NCBI GenBank assembly: GCA_964057225.1
Contig: OZ059895.1
Coordinates: forward strand, 4,588,001 to 4,652,000
DNA: 64,000 nucleotides
From: Auanema rhodensis
Taxonomy: Eukaryota > Animalia > Nematoda
Direction: 5' to 3'
A model generated the notes under the pieces. That model saw nothing but the letters and a program-made list of their open reading frames with translations, did no database searches and was not told where the DNA came from. The position numbers and the translations under genes were made by a program. Positions within the stretch are counted from its first letter, which is position 1; each line of letters starts with the position of its first letter. Positions 17,801 through 32,800 of the stretch are shown here, piece by piece.

Positions 17801-20800
17801 ATGTTTTTAAACGAAAAAATTAATTCTTCAGTGTGAAAATCGAGGATATAAGTGTGAACTTATATCAGTTGATATCTCGGTGAATTTTCAAGCTAGCGCA
17901 AATCTGATAACACAGATCGACGCAGCTTAAAAATCCGCATCGAATGCACTATACTTCATTGAGAAACGCTTAATACAAAAATTAGTTATGATCGTTTGAA
18001 AAATGATGCATTAGTGTATGTTGAGTTTCCATGTACACTCAACATTGCTTCCAAAAACATTTTGACAAAAATTTTTTCGAAAAATTTCAAAATAATATAG
18101 CAAAAAGTAGATGTTTTTAGATTCCTTTTTTCAAGGCAAAGACGATGGACAATGTTATTCAACGAAAAAATTAATTCTTCAGTGTGAAAATCGAGGATAT
18201 AAGTGTGAACTTATATCAGTTGATATCTCGGTGCATTTTCAAGCTAGCGCAAATCTGATAACACAGATCGACGCAGCTTAAAAATCCGCATCGAATGCAC
18301 TATACTTCATTGAGAAACGCTTAATACAAAAATTAGTTATGATCGTTTGAAAAATGATGCATTAGTGTATGTTGAGTTTCCATGTACACTCAACATTGCT
18401 TCCAAAAACATTTTGACAAAAATTTTTTCGAAAAATTTCAAAATAATATAGCAAAAAGTAGATGTTTTTAGATTCCTTTTTTCAAGGCAAAGACGATGGA
18501 CAATGTTATTCAACGAAAAAATTAATTCTTCAGGGTGAAAATCGAGGATATATGTGTGAACTTATATCAGTTGATATCTCGGTGCATTTTCAAGCTAGCG
18601 CAAATCTGATAACACAGATCGACGCAGCTTAAAAATCCGCATCGAATGCACTATACTTCATTGAGAAACGCTTAATACAAAAATTAGTTATGATCGTTTG
18701 AAAAATGATGCATTAGTGTATGTTGAGTTTCCATGTACACTCAACATTGCTTCCAAAAACATTTTGACAACAATTTTTTCGAAAAATTTCAAAATAATAT
18801 AGCAAAAAGTAGATGTTTTTAGATTCCTTTTTTCAAGGCAAAGACGATGGACAATGTTATTAAACGAAAAAATTAATTCTTCAGTGTGAAAATCGAGGAT
18901 ATAAGTGTGAACTTATATCAGTTGATATCTCGGTGCATGTTCAAGCTAGCGCAAATCTGATAACACAGATCGACGCAGCTTAAAAATCCGCATCGAATGC
19001 ACTATACTTCATTGAGAAACGCTTAAAACAAAAATTAGTTATGATCGTTTGAAAAATGATGCATTAGTGTATGTTGAGTTTCCATGTACACTCAACATTG
19101 CTTCCAAAAACATTTTGACAAAAATTTTTTCGAAAAATTTCAAAATAATTTAGCAAAAAGTAGATGTTTTTAGATTCCTTTTTTCAAGGCAAAGACGATG
19201 GACAATGTTATTCAACGAAAAAATTAATTCTTCAGGGTGAAAATCGAGGATATAAGTGTGAACTTATATCAGTTGATATCTCGGTGCATTTTCAAGCTAG
19301 CGCAAATCTGATAACACAGATCGACGCAGCTTAAAAATCCGCATCGAATGCACTATACTTCATTGAGAAACGCTTAATACAAAAATTAGTTATGATCGTT
19401 TGAAAAATGATGCATTAGTGTATGTTGAGTTTCCATGTACACTCAACATTGCTTCCAAAAACATTTTGACAAAAATTTTTTCGAAAAATTTCAAAATAAT
19501 ATAGCAAAAAGTAGATGTTTTTAGATTCCTTTTTTCAAGGCAAAGACGATGGACAATGTTATTCAACGAAAAAATTAATTCTTCAGGGTGAAAATCGAGG
19601 ATATAAGTGTGAACTTATATCAGTTGATATCTCGGTGCATTTTCAAGCTAGCGCAAATCTGATAACACAGATCGACGCAGCTTAAAAATCCGCATCGAAT
19701 GCACTATACTTCATTGAGAAACGCTTAATACAAAAATTAGTTATGATCGTTTGAAAAATAATGCATTAGTGTATGTTGAGTTTCCATGTACACTCAACAT
19801 TGCTTCCAAAAACATTTTGACAAAAATTTTTTCGAAAAATTTCAAAATAATATAGCAAAAAGTAGATGTTTTTAGATTCCTTTTTTCAAGGCAAAGACGA
19901 TGGACAATGTTATTCAACGAAAAAATTAATTTTTCAGGGTGAAAATCGAGGATATAAGTGTGAACTTATATCAGTTGATATCTCGGTGCATTTTCAAGCT
20001 AGCGCAAATCTGATAACACAGATCGACGCAGCTTAAAAATCCGCATCGAATGCACTATACTACATTGAGAAACGCTTAATACAAAAATTAGTTATGATCG
20101 TTTGAAAAATGATGCATTAGTGTATGTTGAGTTTCCATGTACACTCAACATTGCTTCCAAAAACATTTTGACAAAAATTTTTTCGAAAAATTTCAAAATA
20201 ATTTAGCAAAAAGTAGATGTTTTTAGATTCCTTTTTTCAAGGCAAAGACGATGGACAATGTTTTTAAACGAAAAAATTAATTCTTCAGTGTGAAAATCGA
20301 GGATATAAGTGTGAACTTATATCAGTTGATATCTCGGTGCATTTTCAAGCTAGCGCAAATCTGATAACAGAGATCGACGCAGCTTAAAAATCCGCATCGA
20401 ATGCACTATACTTCATTGAGAAACGCTTAATACAAAAATTAGTTATGATCGTTTGAAAAATGATGCATTAGTGTATGTTGAGTTTCCATGTACACTCAAC
20501 ATTGCTTCCAAAAACATTTTGACAAAAATTTTTTCGAAAAATTTCAAAATAATATAGCAAAAAGTAGATGTTTTTAGATTCCTTTTTTCAAGGCAAAGAC
20601 GATGGACAATGTTATTCAACGAAAAAATTAATTCTTCAGGGTGAAAATCGAGGATATATGTGTGAACTTATATCAGTTGATATCTCGGTGCATTTTCAAG
20701 CTAGCGCAAATCTGATAACACAGATCGACGCAGCTTAAAAATCCGCATCGAATGCACTATACTTCATTGAGAAACGCTTAATACAAAAATTAGTTATGAT

Positions 20801-23800
20801 CGTTTGAAAAATGATGCATTAGTGTATGTTGAGTTTCCATGTACACTCAACATTGCTTCCAAAAACATTTTGACAACAATTTTTTCGAAAAATTTCAAAA
20901 TAATTTAGCAAAAAGTAGATGTTTTTAGATTCCTTTTTTCAAGGCAAAGACGATGGACAATGTTATTAAACGAAAAAATTAATTCTTCAGTGTGAAAATC
21001 GAGGATATAAGTGTGAACTTATATCAGTTGATATCTCGGTGCATTTTCAAGCTAGCGCAAATCTGATAACACAGATCGACGCAGCTTAAAAATCCGCATC
21101 GAATGCACTATACTTCATTGAGAAACGCTTAATACAAAAATTAGTTATGATCGTTTGAAAAATGATGCATTAGTGTATGTTGAGTTTCCATGTACACTCA
21201 ACATTGCTTCCAAAAACATTTTGACAAAAATTTTTTCGAAAAATTTCAAAATAATTTAGCAAAAAGTAGATGTTTTTAGATTCCTTTTTTCAAGGCAAAG
21301 ACGATGGACAATGTTATTCAACGAAAAAATTAATTCTTCAGGGTGAAAATCGAGGATATAAGTGTGAACTTATATCAGTTGATATCTCGGTGCATTTTCA
21401 AGCTAGCGCAAATCTGATAACACAGATCGACGCAGCTTAAAAATCCGCATCGAATGCACTATACTTCATTGAGAAACGCTTAATACAAAAATTAGTTATG
21501 ATCGTTTGAAAAATGATGCATTAGTGTATGTTGAGTTTCCATGTACACTCAACATTGCTTCCAAAAACATTTTGACAAAAATTTTTTCGAAAAATTTCAA
21601 AATAATATAGCAAAAAGTAGATGTTTTTAGATTCCTTTTTTCAAGGCAAAGACGATGGACAATGTTATTCAACGAAAAAATTAATTCTTCAGGGTGAAAA
21701 TCGAGGATATAAGTGTAAACTTATATCAGTTGATATCTCGGTGCATTTTCAAGCTAGCGCAAATCTGATAACACAGATCGACGCAGCTTAAAAATCCGCA
21801 TCGAATGCACTATACTTCATTGAGAAACGCTCAATACAAAAATTAGTTATGATCGTTTGAAAAATGATGCATTAGTGTATGTTGAGTTTCCATGTACACT
21901 CAACATTGCTTCCAAAAACATTTTGACAAAAATTTTTTCGAAAAATTTCAAAATAATATAGCAAAAAGTAGATGTTTTTAGATTCCTTTTTTCAAGGCAA
22001 AGACGATGGACAATGTTATTCAACGAAAAAATTAATTCTTCAGGGTGAAAATCGAGGATATAAGTGTGAACTTATATCAGTTGATATCTCGGTGCATTTT
22101 CAAGCTAGCGCAAATCTGATAACACAGATCGACGCAGCTTAAAAATCCGCATCGAATGCACTATACTTCATTGAGAAACGCTTAATACAAAAATTAGTTA
22201 TGATCGTTTGAAAAATGATGCATTAGTGTATGTTGAGTTTCCATGTACACTCAACATTGCTTCCAAAAACATTTTGACAAAAATTTTTTCGAAAAATTTC
22301 AAAATAATATAGCAAAAAGTAGATGTTTTTAGATTCCTTTTTTCAAGGCAAAGACGATGGACAATGTTATTCAACGAAAAAATTAATTCTTCAGGGTGAA
22401 AATCGAGGATATATGTGTGAACTTATATCAGTTGATATCTCGGTGCATTTTCAAGCTAGCGCAAATCTGATAACACAGATCGACGCAGCTTAAAAATCCG
22501 CATCGAATGCACTATACTTCATTGAGAAACGCTTAATACAAAAATTAGTTATGATCGTTTGAAAAATGATGCATTAGTGTATGTTGAGTTTCCATGTACA
22601 CTCAACATTGCTTCCAAAAACATTTTGACAACAATTTTTTCGAAAAATTTCAAAATAATTTAGCAAAAAGTAGATGTTTTTAGATTCCTTTTTTCAAGGC
22701 AAAGACGATGGACAATGTTATTAAACGAAAAAATTAATTCTTCAGTGTGAAAATCGAGGATATAAGTGTGAACTTATATCAGTTGATATCTCGGTGCATT
22801 TTCAAGCTAGCGCAAATCTGATAACACAGATCGACGCAGCTTAAAAATCCGCATCGAATGCACTATACTTCATTGAGAAACGCTTAATACAAAAATTAGT
22901 TATGATCGTTTGAAAAATGATGCATTAGTGTATGTTGAGTTTCCATGTACACTCAACATTGCTTCCAAAAACATTTTGACAAAAATTTTTTCGAAAAATT
23001 TCAAAATAATTTAGCAAAAAGTAGATGTTTTTAGATTCCTCTTTTCAAGGCAAAGACGATGGACAATGTTATTCAACGAAAAAATTAATTCTTCAGGGTG
23101 AAAATCGAGGATATAAGTGTGAACTTATATCAGTTGATATCTCGGTGCATTTTCAAGCTAGCGCAAATCTCATAACACAGATCGACGCAGCTTAAAAATC
23201 CGCATCGAATGCACTATACTTCATTGAGAAACGCTTAATACAAAAATTAGTTATGATCGTTTGAAAAATGATGCATTAGTGTATGTTGAGTTTCCATGTA
23301 CACTCAACATTGCTTCCAAAAACATTTTGACAAAAATTTTTTCGAAAAATTTCAAAATAATTTAGCAAAAAGTAGATGTTTTTAGATTCCTTTTTTCAAG
23401 GCAAAGACGATGGACAATGTTATTCAACGAAAAAATTAATTCTTCAGGGTGAAAATCGAGGATATAAGTGTGAACTTATATCAGTTGATATCTCGGTGCA
23501 TTTTCAAGCTAGCGCAAATCTGATAACACAGATCGACGCAGCTTAAAAATCCGCATCGAATGCACTATACTTCATTGAGAAACGCTTAATACAAAAATTA
23601 GTTATGATCGTTTGAAAAATGATGCATTAGTGTATGTTGAGTTTCCATGTACACTCAACATTGCTTCCAAAAACATTTTGACAAAAATTTTTTCGAAAAA
23701 TTTCAAAATAATATAGCAAAAAGTAGATGTTTTTAGATTCCTTTTTTCAAGGCAAAGACGATGGACAATGTTATTCAACGAAAAAATTAATTCTTCAGGG

Positions 23801-26800
23801 TGAAAATCGAGGATATAAGTGTGAACTTATATCAGTTGATATCTCGGTGCATTTTCAAGCTAGCGCAAATCTGATAACACAGATCGACGCAGCTTAAAAA
23901 TCCGCATCGAATGCACTATACTTCATTGAGAAACGCTTAATACAAAAATTAGTTATGATCGTTTGAAAAATGATGCATTAGTGTATGTTGAGTTTCCATG
24001 TACACTCAACATTGCTTCCAAAAACATTTTGACAAAAATTTTTTCGAAAAATTTCAAAATAATATAGCAAAAAGTAGATGTTTTTAGATTCCTTTTTTCA
24101 AGGCAAAGACGATGGACAATGTTATTCAACGAAAAAATTAATTCTTCAGGGTGAAAATCGAGGATATAAGTGTGAACTTATATCAGTTGATATCTCGGTG
24201 CATTTTCAAGCTAGCGCAAATCTGATAACACAGATCGACGCAGCTTAAAAATCCGCATCGAATGCACTATACTTCATTGAGAAACGCTTAATACAAAAAT
24301 TAGTTATGATCGTTTGAAAAATGATGCATTAGTGTATGTTGAGTTTCCATGTACACTCAACATTGCTTCCAAAAACATTTTGACAAAAATTTTTTCGAAA
24401 AATTTCAAAATAATATAGCAAAAAGTAGATGTTTTTAGATTCCTTTTTTCAAGGCAAAGACGATGGACAATGTTATTCAACGAAAAAATTAATTCTTCAG
24501 GGTGAAAATCGAGGATATATGTGTGAACTTATATCAGTTGATATCTCGGTGCATTTTCAAGCTAGCGCAAATCTGATAACACAGATCGACGCAGCTTAAA
24601 AATCCGCATCGAATGCACTATACTTCATTGAGAAACGCTTAATACAAAAATTAGTTATGATCGTTTGAAAAATGATGCATTAGTGTATGTTGAGTTTCCA
24701 TGTACACTCAACATTGCTTCCAAAAACATTTTGACAACAATTTTTTCGAAAAATTTCAAAATAATTTAGCAAAAAGTAGATGTTTTTAGATTCCTTTTTT
24801 CAAGGCAAAGACGATGGACAATGTTATTAAACGAAAAAATTAATTCTTCAGTGTGAAAATCGAGGATATAAGTGTGAACTTATATCAGTTGATATCTCGG
24901 TGCATTTTCAAGCTAGCGCAAATCTGATAACACAGATCGACGCAGCTTAAAAATCCGCATCGAATGCACTATACTTCATTGAGAAACGCTTAATACAAAA
25001 ATTAGTTATGATCGTTTGAAAAATGATGCATTAGTGTATGTTGAGTTTCCATGTACACTCAACATTGCTTCCAAAAACATTTTGACAAAAATTTTTTCGA
25101 AAAATTTCAAAATAATATAGCAAAAAGTAGATGTTTTTAGATTCCTTTTTTCAAGGCAAAGACGATGGACAATGTTATTCAACGAAAAAATTAATTCTTC
25201 AGGGTGAAAATCGAGGATATAAGTGTGAACTTATATCAGTTGATATCTCGGTGCATTTTCAAGCTAGCGCAAATCTGATAACACAGATCGACGCAGCTTA
25301 AAAATCCGCATCGAATGCACTATACTTCATTGAGAAACGCTTAATACAAAAATTAGTTATGATCGTTTGAAAAATGATGCATTAGTGTATGTTGAGTTTC
25401 CATGTACACTCAACATTGCTTCCAAAAACATTTTGACAAAAATTTTTTCGAAAAATTTCAAAATAATATAGCAAAAAGTAGATGTTTTTAGATTCCTTTT
25501 TTCAAGGCAAAGACGATGGACAATGTTATTCAACGAAAAAATTAATTCTTCAGGGTGAAAATCGAGGATATATGTGTGAACTTATATCAGTTGATATCTC
25601 GGTGCATTTTCAAGCTAGCGCAAATCTGATAACACAGATCGACGCAGCTTAAAAATCCGCATCGAATGCACTATACTTCATTGAGAAACGCTTAATACAA
25701 AAATTAGTTATGATCGTTTGAAAAATGATGCATTAGTGTATGTTGAGTTTCCATGTACACTCAACATTGCTTCCAAAAACATTTTGACAACAATTTTTTC
25801 GAAAAATTTCAAAATAATTTAGCAAAAAGTAGATGTTTTTAGATTCCTTTTTTCAAGGCAAAGACGATGGACAATGTTATTAAACGAAAAAATTAATTCT
25901 TCAGTGTGAAAATCGAGGATATAAGTGTGAACTTATATCAGTTGATATCTCGGTGCATTTTCAAGCTAGCGCAAATCTGATAACACAGATCGACGCAGCT
26001 TAAAAATCCGCATCGAATGCACTATACTTCATTGAGAAACGCTTAATACAAAAATTAGTTATGATCGTTTGAAAAATGATGCATTAGTGTATGTTGAGTT
26101 TCCATGTACACTCAACATTGCTTCCAAAAACATTTTGACAAAAATTTTTTCGAAAAATTTCAAAATAATTTAGCAAAAAGTAGATGTTTTTAGATTCCTT
26201 TTTTCAAGGCAAAGACGATGGACAATGTTATTCAACGAAAAAATTAATTCTTCAGGGTGAAAATCGAGGATATAAGTGTGAACTTATATCAGTTGATATC
26301 TCGGTGCATTTTCAAGCTAGCGCAAATCTGATAACACAGATCGACGCAGCTTAAAAATCCGCATCGAATGCACTATACTTCATTGAGAAACGCTTAATAC
26401 AAAAATTAGTTATGATCGTTTGAAAAATGATGCATTAGTGTATGTTGAGTTTCCATGTACACTCAACATTGCTTCCAAAAACATTTTGACAACAATTTTT
26501 TCGAAAAATTTCAAAATAATTTAGCAAAAAGTAGATGTTTTTAGATTCCTTTTTTCAAGGCAAAGACGATGGACAATGTTATTAAACGAAAAAATTAATT
26601 CTTCAGTGTGAAAATCGAGGATATAAGTGTGAACTTATATCAGTTGATATCTCGGTGCATTTTCAAGCTAGCGCAAATCTGATAACACAGATCGACGCAG
26701 CTTAAAAATCCGCATCGAATGCACTATACTTCATTGAGAAACGCTTAATACAAAAATTAGTTATGATCGTTTGAAAAATGATGCATTAGTGTATGTTGAG

Positions 26801-29800
26801 TTTCCATGTACACTCAACATTGCTTCCAAAAACATTTTGACAAAAATTTTTTCGAAAAATTTCAAAATAATTTAGCAAAAAGTAGATGTTTTTAGATTCC
26901 TTTTTTCAAGGCAAAGACGATGGACAATGTTATTCAACGAAAAAATTAATTCTTCAGGGTGAAAATCGAGGATATAAGTGTGAACTTATATCAGTTGATA
27001 TCTCGGTGCATTTTCAAGCTAGCGCAAATCTGATAACACAGATCGACGCAGCTTAAAAATCCGCATCGAATGCACTATACTTCATTGAGAAACGCTTAAT
27101 ACAAAAATTAGTTATGATCGTTTGAAAAATGATGCATTAGTGTATGTTGAGTTTCCATGTACACTCAACATTGCTTCCAAAAACATTTTGACAAAAATTT
27201 TTTCGAAAAATTTCAAAATAATATAGCAAAAAGTAGATGTTTTTAGATTCCTTTTTTCAAGGCAAAGACGATGGACAATGTTATTCAACGAAAAAATTAA
27301 TTCTTCAGGGTGAAAATCGAGGATATAAGTGTAAACTTATATCAGTTGATATCTCGGTGCATTTTCAAGCTAGCGCAAATCTGATAACACAGATCGACGC
27401 AGCTTAAAAATCCGCATCGAATGCACTATACTTCATTGAGAAACGCTCAATACAAAAATTAGTTATGATCGTTTGAAAAATGATGCATTAGTGTATGTTG
27501 AGTTTCCATGTACACTCAACATTGCTTCCAAAAACATTTTGACAAAAATTTTTTCGAAAAATTTCAAAATAATATAGCAAAAAGTAGATGTTTTTAGATT
27601 CCTTTTTTCAAGGCAAAGACGATGGACAATGTTATTCAACGAAAAAATTAATTCTTCAGGGTGAAAATCGAGGATATAAGTGTGAACTTATATCAGTTGA
27701 TATCTCGGTGCATTTTCAAGCTAGCGCAAATCTGATAACACAGATCGACGCAGCTTAAAAATCCGCATCGAATGCACTATACTTCATTGAGAAACGCTTA
27801 ATACAAAAATTAGTTATGATCGTTTGAAAAATGATGCATTAGTGTATGTTGAGTTTCCATGTACACTCAACATTGCTTCCAAAAACATTTTGACAAAAAT
27901 TTTTTCGAAAAATTTCAAAATAATATAGCAAAAAGTAGATGTTTTTAGATTCCTTTTTTCAAGGCAAAGACGATGGACAATGTTATTCAACGAAAAAATT
28001 AATTCTTCAGGGTGAAAATCGAGGATATATGTGTGAACTTATATCAGTTGATATCTCGGTGCATTTTCAAGCTAGCGCAAATCTGATAACACAGATCGAC
28101 GCAGCTTAAAAATCCGCATCGAATGCACTATACTTCATTGAGAAACGCTTAATACAAAAATTAGTTATGATCGTTTGAAAAATGATGCATTAGTGTATGT
28201 TGAGTTTCCATGTACACTCAACATTGCTTCCAAAAACATTTTGACAACAATTTTTTCGAAAAATTTCAAAATAATTTAGCAAAAAGTAGATGTTTTTAGA
28301 TTCCTTTTTTCAAGGCAAAGACGATGGACAATGTTATTAAACGAAAAAATTAATTCTTCAGTGTGAAAATCGAGGATATAAGTGTGAACTTATATCAGTT
28401 GATATCTCGGTGCATTTTCAAGCTAGCGCAAATCTGATAACACAGATCGACGCAGCTTAAAAATCCGCATCGAATGCACTATACTTCATTGAGAAACGCT
28501 TAATACAAAAATTAGTTATGATCGTTTGAAAAATGATGCATTAGTGTATGTTGAGTTTCCATGTACACTCAACATTGCTTCCAAAAACATTTTGACAAAA
28601 ATTTTTTCGAAAAATTTCAAAATAATTTAGCAAAAAGTAGATGTTTTTAGATTCCTCTTTTCAAGGCAAAGACGATGGACAATGTTATTCAACGAAAAAA
28701 TTAATTCTTCAGGGTGAAAATCGAGGATATAAGTGTGAACTTATATCAGTTGATATCTCGGTGCATTTTCAAGCTAGCGCAAATCTGATAACACAGATCG
28801 ACGCAGCTTAAAAATCCGCATCGAATGCACTATACTTCATTGAGAAACGCTTAATACAAAAATTAGTTATGATCGTTTGAAAAATGATGCATTAGTGTAT
28901 GTTGAGTTTCCATGTACACTCAACATTGCTTCCAAAAACATTTTGACAACAATTTTTTCGAAAAATTTCAAAATAATTTAGCAAAAAGTAGATGTTTTTA
29001 GATTCCTTTTTTCAAGGCAAAGACGATGGACAATGTTATTAAACGAAAAAATTAATTCTTCAGTGTGAAAATCGAGGATATAAGTGTGAACTTATATCAG
29101 TTGATATCTCGGTGCATTTTCAAGCTAGCGCAAATCTGATAACACAGATCGACGCAGCTTAAAAATCCGCATCGAATGCACTATACTTCATTGAGAAACG
29201 CTTAATACAAAAATTAGTTATGATCGTTTGAAAAATGATGCATTAGTGTATGTTGAGTTTCCATGTACACTCAACATTGCTTCCAAAAACATTTTGACAA
29301 AAATTTTTTCGAAAAATTTCAAAATAATTTAGCAAAAAGTAGATGTTTTTAGATTCCTTTTTTCAAGGCAAAGACGATGGACAATGTTATTCAACGAAAA
29401 AATTAATTCTTCAGGGTGAAAATCGAGGATATAAGTGTGAACTTATATCAGTTGATATCTCGGTGCATTTTCAAGCTAGCGCAAATCTGATAACACAGAT
29501 CGACGCAGCTTAAAAATCCGCATCGAATGCACTATACTTCATTGAGAAACGCTTAATACAAAAATTAGTTATGATCGTTTGAAAAATGATGCATTAGTGT
29601 ATGTTGAGTTTCCATGTACACTCAACATTGCTTCCAAAAACATTTTGACAACAATTTTTTCGAAAAATTTCAAAATAATTTAGCAAAAAGTAGATGTTTT
29701 TAGATTCCTTTTTTCAAGGCAAAGACGATGGACAATGTTATTAAACGAAAAAATTAATTCTTCAGTGTGAAAATCGAGGATATAAGTGTGAACTTATATC

Positions 29801-32800
29801 AGTTGATATCTCGGTGCATTTTCAAGCTAGCGCAAATCTGATAACACAGATCGACGCAGCTTAAAAATCCGCATCGAATGCACTATACTTCATTGAGAAA
29901 CGCTTAATACAAAAATTAGTTATGATCGTTTGAAAAATGATGCATTAGTGTATGTTGAGTTTCCATGTACACTCAACATTGCTTCCAAAAACATTTTGAC
30001 AAAAATTTTTTCGAAAAATTTCAAAATAATTTAGCAAAAAGTAGATGTTTTTAGATTCCTTTTTTCAAGGCAAAGACGATGGACAATGTTATTCAACGAA
30101 AAAATTAATTCTTCAGGGTGAAAATCGAGGATATAAGTGTGAACTTATATCAGTTGATATCTCGGTGCATTTTCAAGCTAGCGCAAATCTGATAACACAG
30201 ATCGACGCAGCTTAAAAATCCGCATCGAATGCACTATACTTCATTGAGAAACGCTTAATACAAAAATTAGTTATGATCGTTTGAAAAATGATGCATTAGT
30301 GTATGTTGAGTTTCCATGTACACTCAACATTGCTTCCAAAAACATTTTGACAAAAATTTTTTCGAAAAATTTCAAAATAATATAGCAAAAAGTAGATGTT
30401 TTTAGATTCCTTTTTTCAAGGCAAAGACGATGGACAATGTTATTCAACGAAAAAATTAATTCTTCAGGGTGAAAATCGAGGATATAAGTGTAAACTTATA
30501 TCAGTTGATATCTCGGTGCATTTTCAAGCTAGCGCAAATCTGATAACACAGATCGACGCAGCTTAAAAATCCGCATCGAATGCACTATACTTCATTGAGA
30601 AACGCTCAATACAAAAATTAGTTATGATCGTTTGAAAAATGATGCATTAGTGTATGTTGAGTTTCCATGTACACTCAACATTGCTTCCAAAAACATTTTG
30701 ACAAAAATTTTTTCGAAAAATTTCAAAATAATATAGCAAAAAGTAGATGTTTTTAGATTCCTTTTTTCAAGGCAAAGACGATGGACAATGTTATTCAACG
30801 AAAAAATTAATTCTTCAGGGTGAAAATCGAGGATATAAGTGTGAACTTATATCAGTTGATATCTCGGTGCATTTTCAAGCTAGCGCAAATCTGATAACAC
30901 AGATCGACGCAGCTTAAAAATCCGCATCGAATGCACTATACTTCATTGAGAAACGCTTAATACAAAAATTAGTTATGATCGTTTGAAAAATGATGCATTA
31001 GTGTATGTTGAGTTTCCATGTACACTCAACATTGCTTCCAAAAACATTTTGACAAAAATTTTTTCGAAAAATTTCAAAATAATATAGCAAAAAGTAGATG
31101 TTTTTAGATTCCTTTTTTCAAGGCAAAGACGATGGACAATGTTATTCAACGAAAAAATTAATTCTTCAGGGTGAAAATCGAGGATATATGTGTGAACTTA
31201 TATCAGTTGATATCTCGGTGCATTTTCAAGCTAGCGCAAATCTGATAACACAGATCGACGCAGCTTAAAAATCCGCATCGAATGCACTATACTTCATTGA
31301 GAAACGCTTAATACAAAAATTAGTTATGATCGTTTGAAAAATGATGCATTAGTGTATGTTGAGTTTCCATGTACACTCAACATTGCTTCCAAAAACATTT
31401 TGACAACAATTTTTTCGAAAAATTTCAAAATAATTTAGCAAAAAGTAGATGTTTTTAGATTCCTTTTTTCAAGGCAAAGACGATGGACAATGTTATTAAA
31501 CGAAAAAATTAATTCTTCAGTGTGAAAATCGAGGATATAAGTGTGAACTTATATCAGTTGATATCTCGGTGCATTTTCAAGCTAGCGCAAATCTGATAAC
31601 ACAGATCGACGCAGCTTAAAAATCCGCATCGAATGCACTATACTTCATTGAGAAACGCTTAATACAAAAATTAGTTATGATCGTTTGAAAAATGATGCAT
31701 TAGTGTATGTTGAGTTTCCATGTACACTCAACATTGCTTCCAAAAACATTTTGACAAAAATTTTTTCGAAAAATTTCAAAATAATTTAGCAAAAAGTAGA
31801 TGTTTTTAGATTCCTCTTTTCAAGGCAAAGACGATGGACAATGTTATTCAACGAAAAAATTAATTCTTCAGGGTGAAAATCGAGGATATAAGTGTGAACT
31901 TATATCAGTTGATATCTCGGTGCATTTTCAAGCTAGCGCAAATCTGATAACACAGATCGACGCAGCTTAAAAATCCGCATCGAATGCACTATACTTCATT
32001 GAGAAACGCTTAATACAAAAATTAGTTATGATCGTTTGAAAAATGATGCATTAGTGTATGTTGAGTTTCCATGTACACTCAACATTGCTTCCAAAAACAT
32101 TTTGACAAAAATTTTTTCGAAAAATTTCAAAATAATTTAGCAAAAAGTAGATGTTTTTAGATTCCTTTTTTCAAGGCAAAGACGATGGACAATGTTATTC
32201 AACGAAAAAATTAATTCTTCAGGGTGAAAATCGAGGATATAAGTGTGAACTTATATCAGTTGATATCTCGGTGCATTTTCAAGCTAGCGCAAATCTGATA
32301 ACACAGATCGACGCAGCTTAAAAATCCGCATCGAATGCACTATACTTCATTGAGAAACGCTTAATACAAAAATTAGTTATGATCGTTTGAAAAATGATGC
32401 ATTAGTGTATGTTGAGTTTCCATGTACACTCAACATTGCTTCCAAAAACATTTTGACAAAAATTTTTTCGAAAAATTTCAAAATAATATAGCAAAAAGTA
32501 GATGTTTTTAGATTCCTTTTTTCAAGGCAAAGACGATGGACAATGTTATTCAACGAAAAAATTAATTCTTCAGGGTGAAAATCGAGGATATAAGTGTGAA
32601 CTTATATCAGTTGATATCTCGGTGCATTTTCAAGCTAGCGCAAATCTGATAACACAGATCGACGCAGCTTAAAAATCCGCATCGAATGCACTATACTTCA
32701 TTGAGAAACGCTTAATACAAAAATTAGTTATGATCGTTTGAAAAATGATGCATTAGTGTATGTTGAGTTTCCATGTACACTCAACATTGCTTCCAAAAAC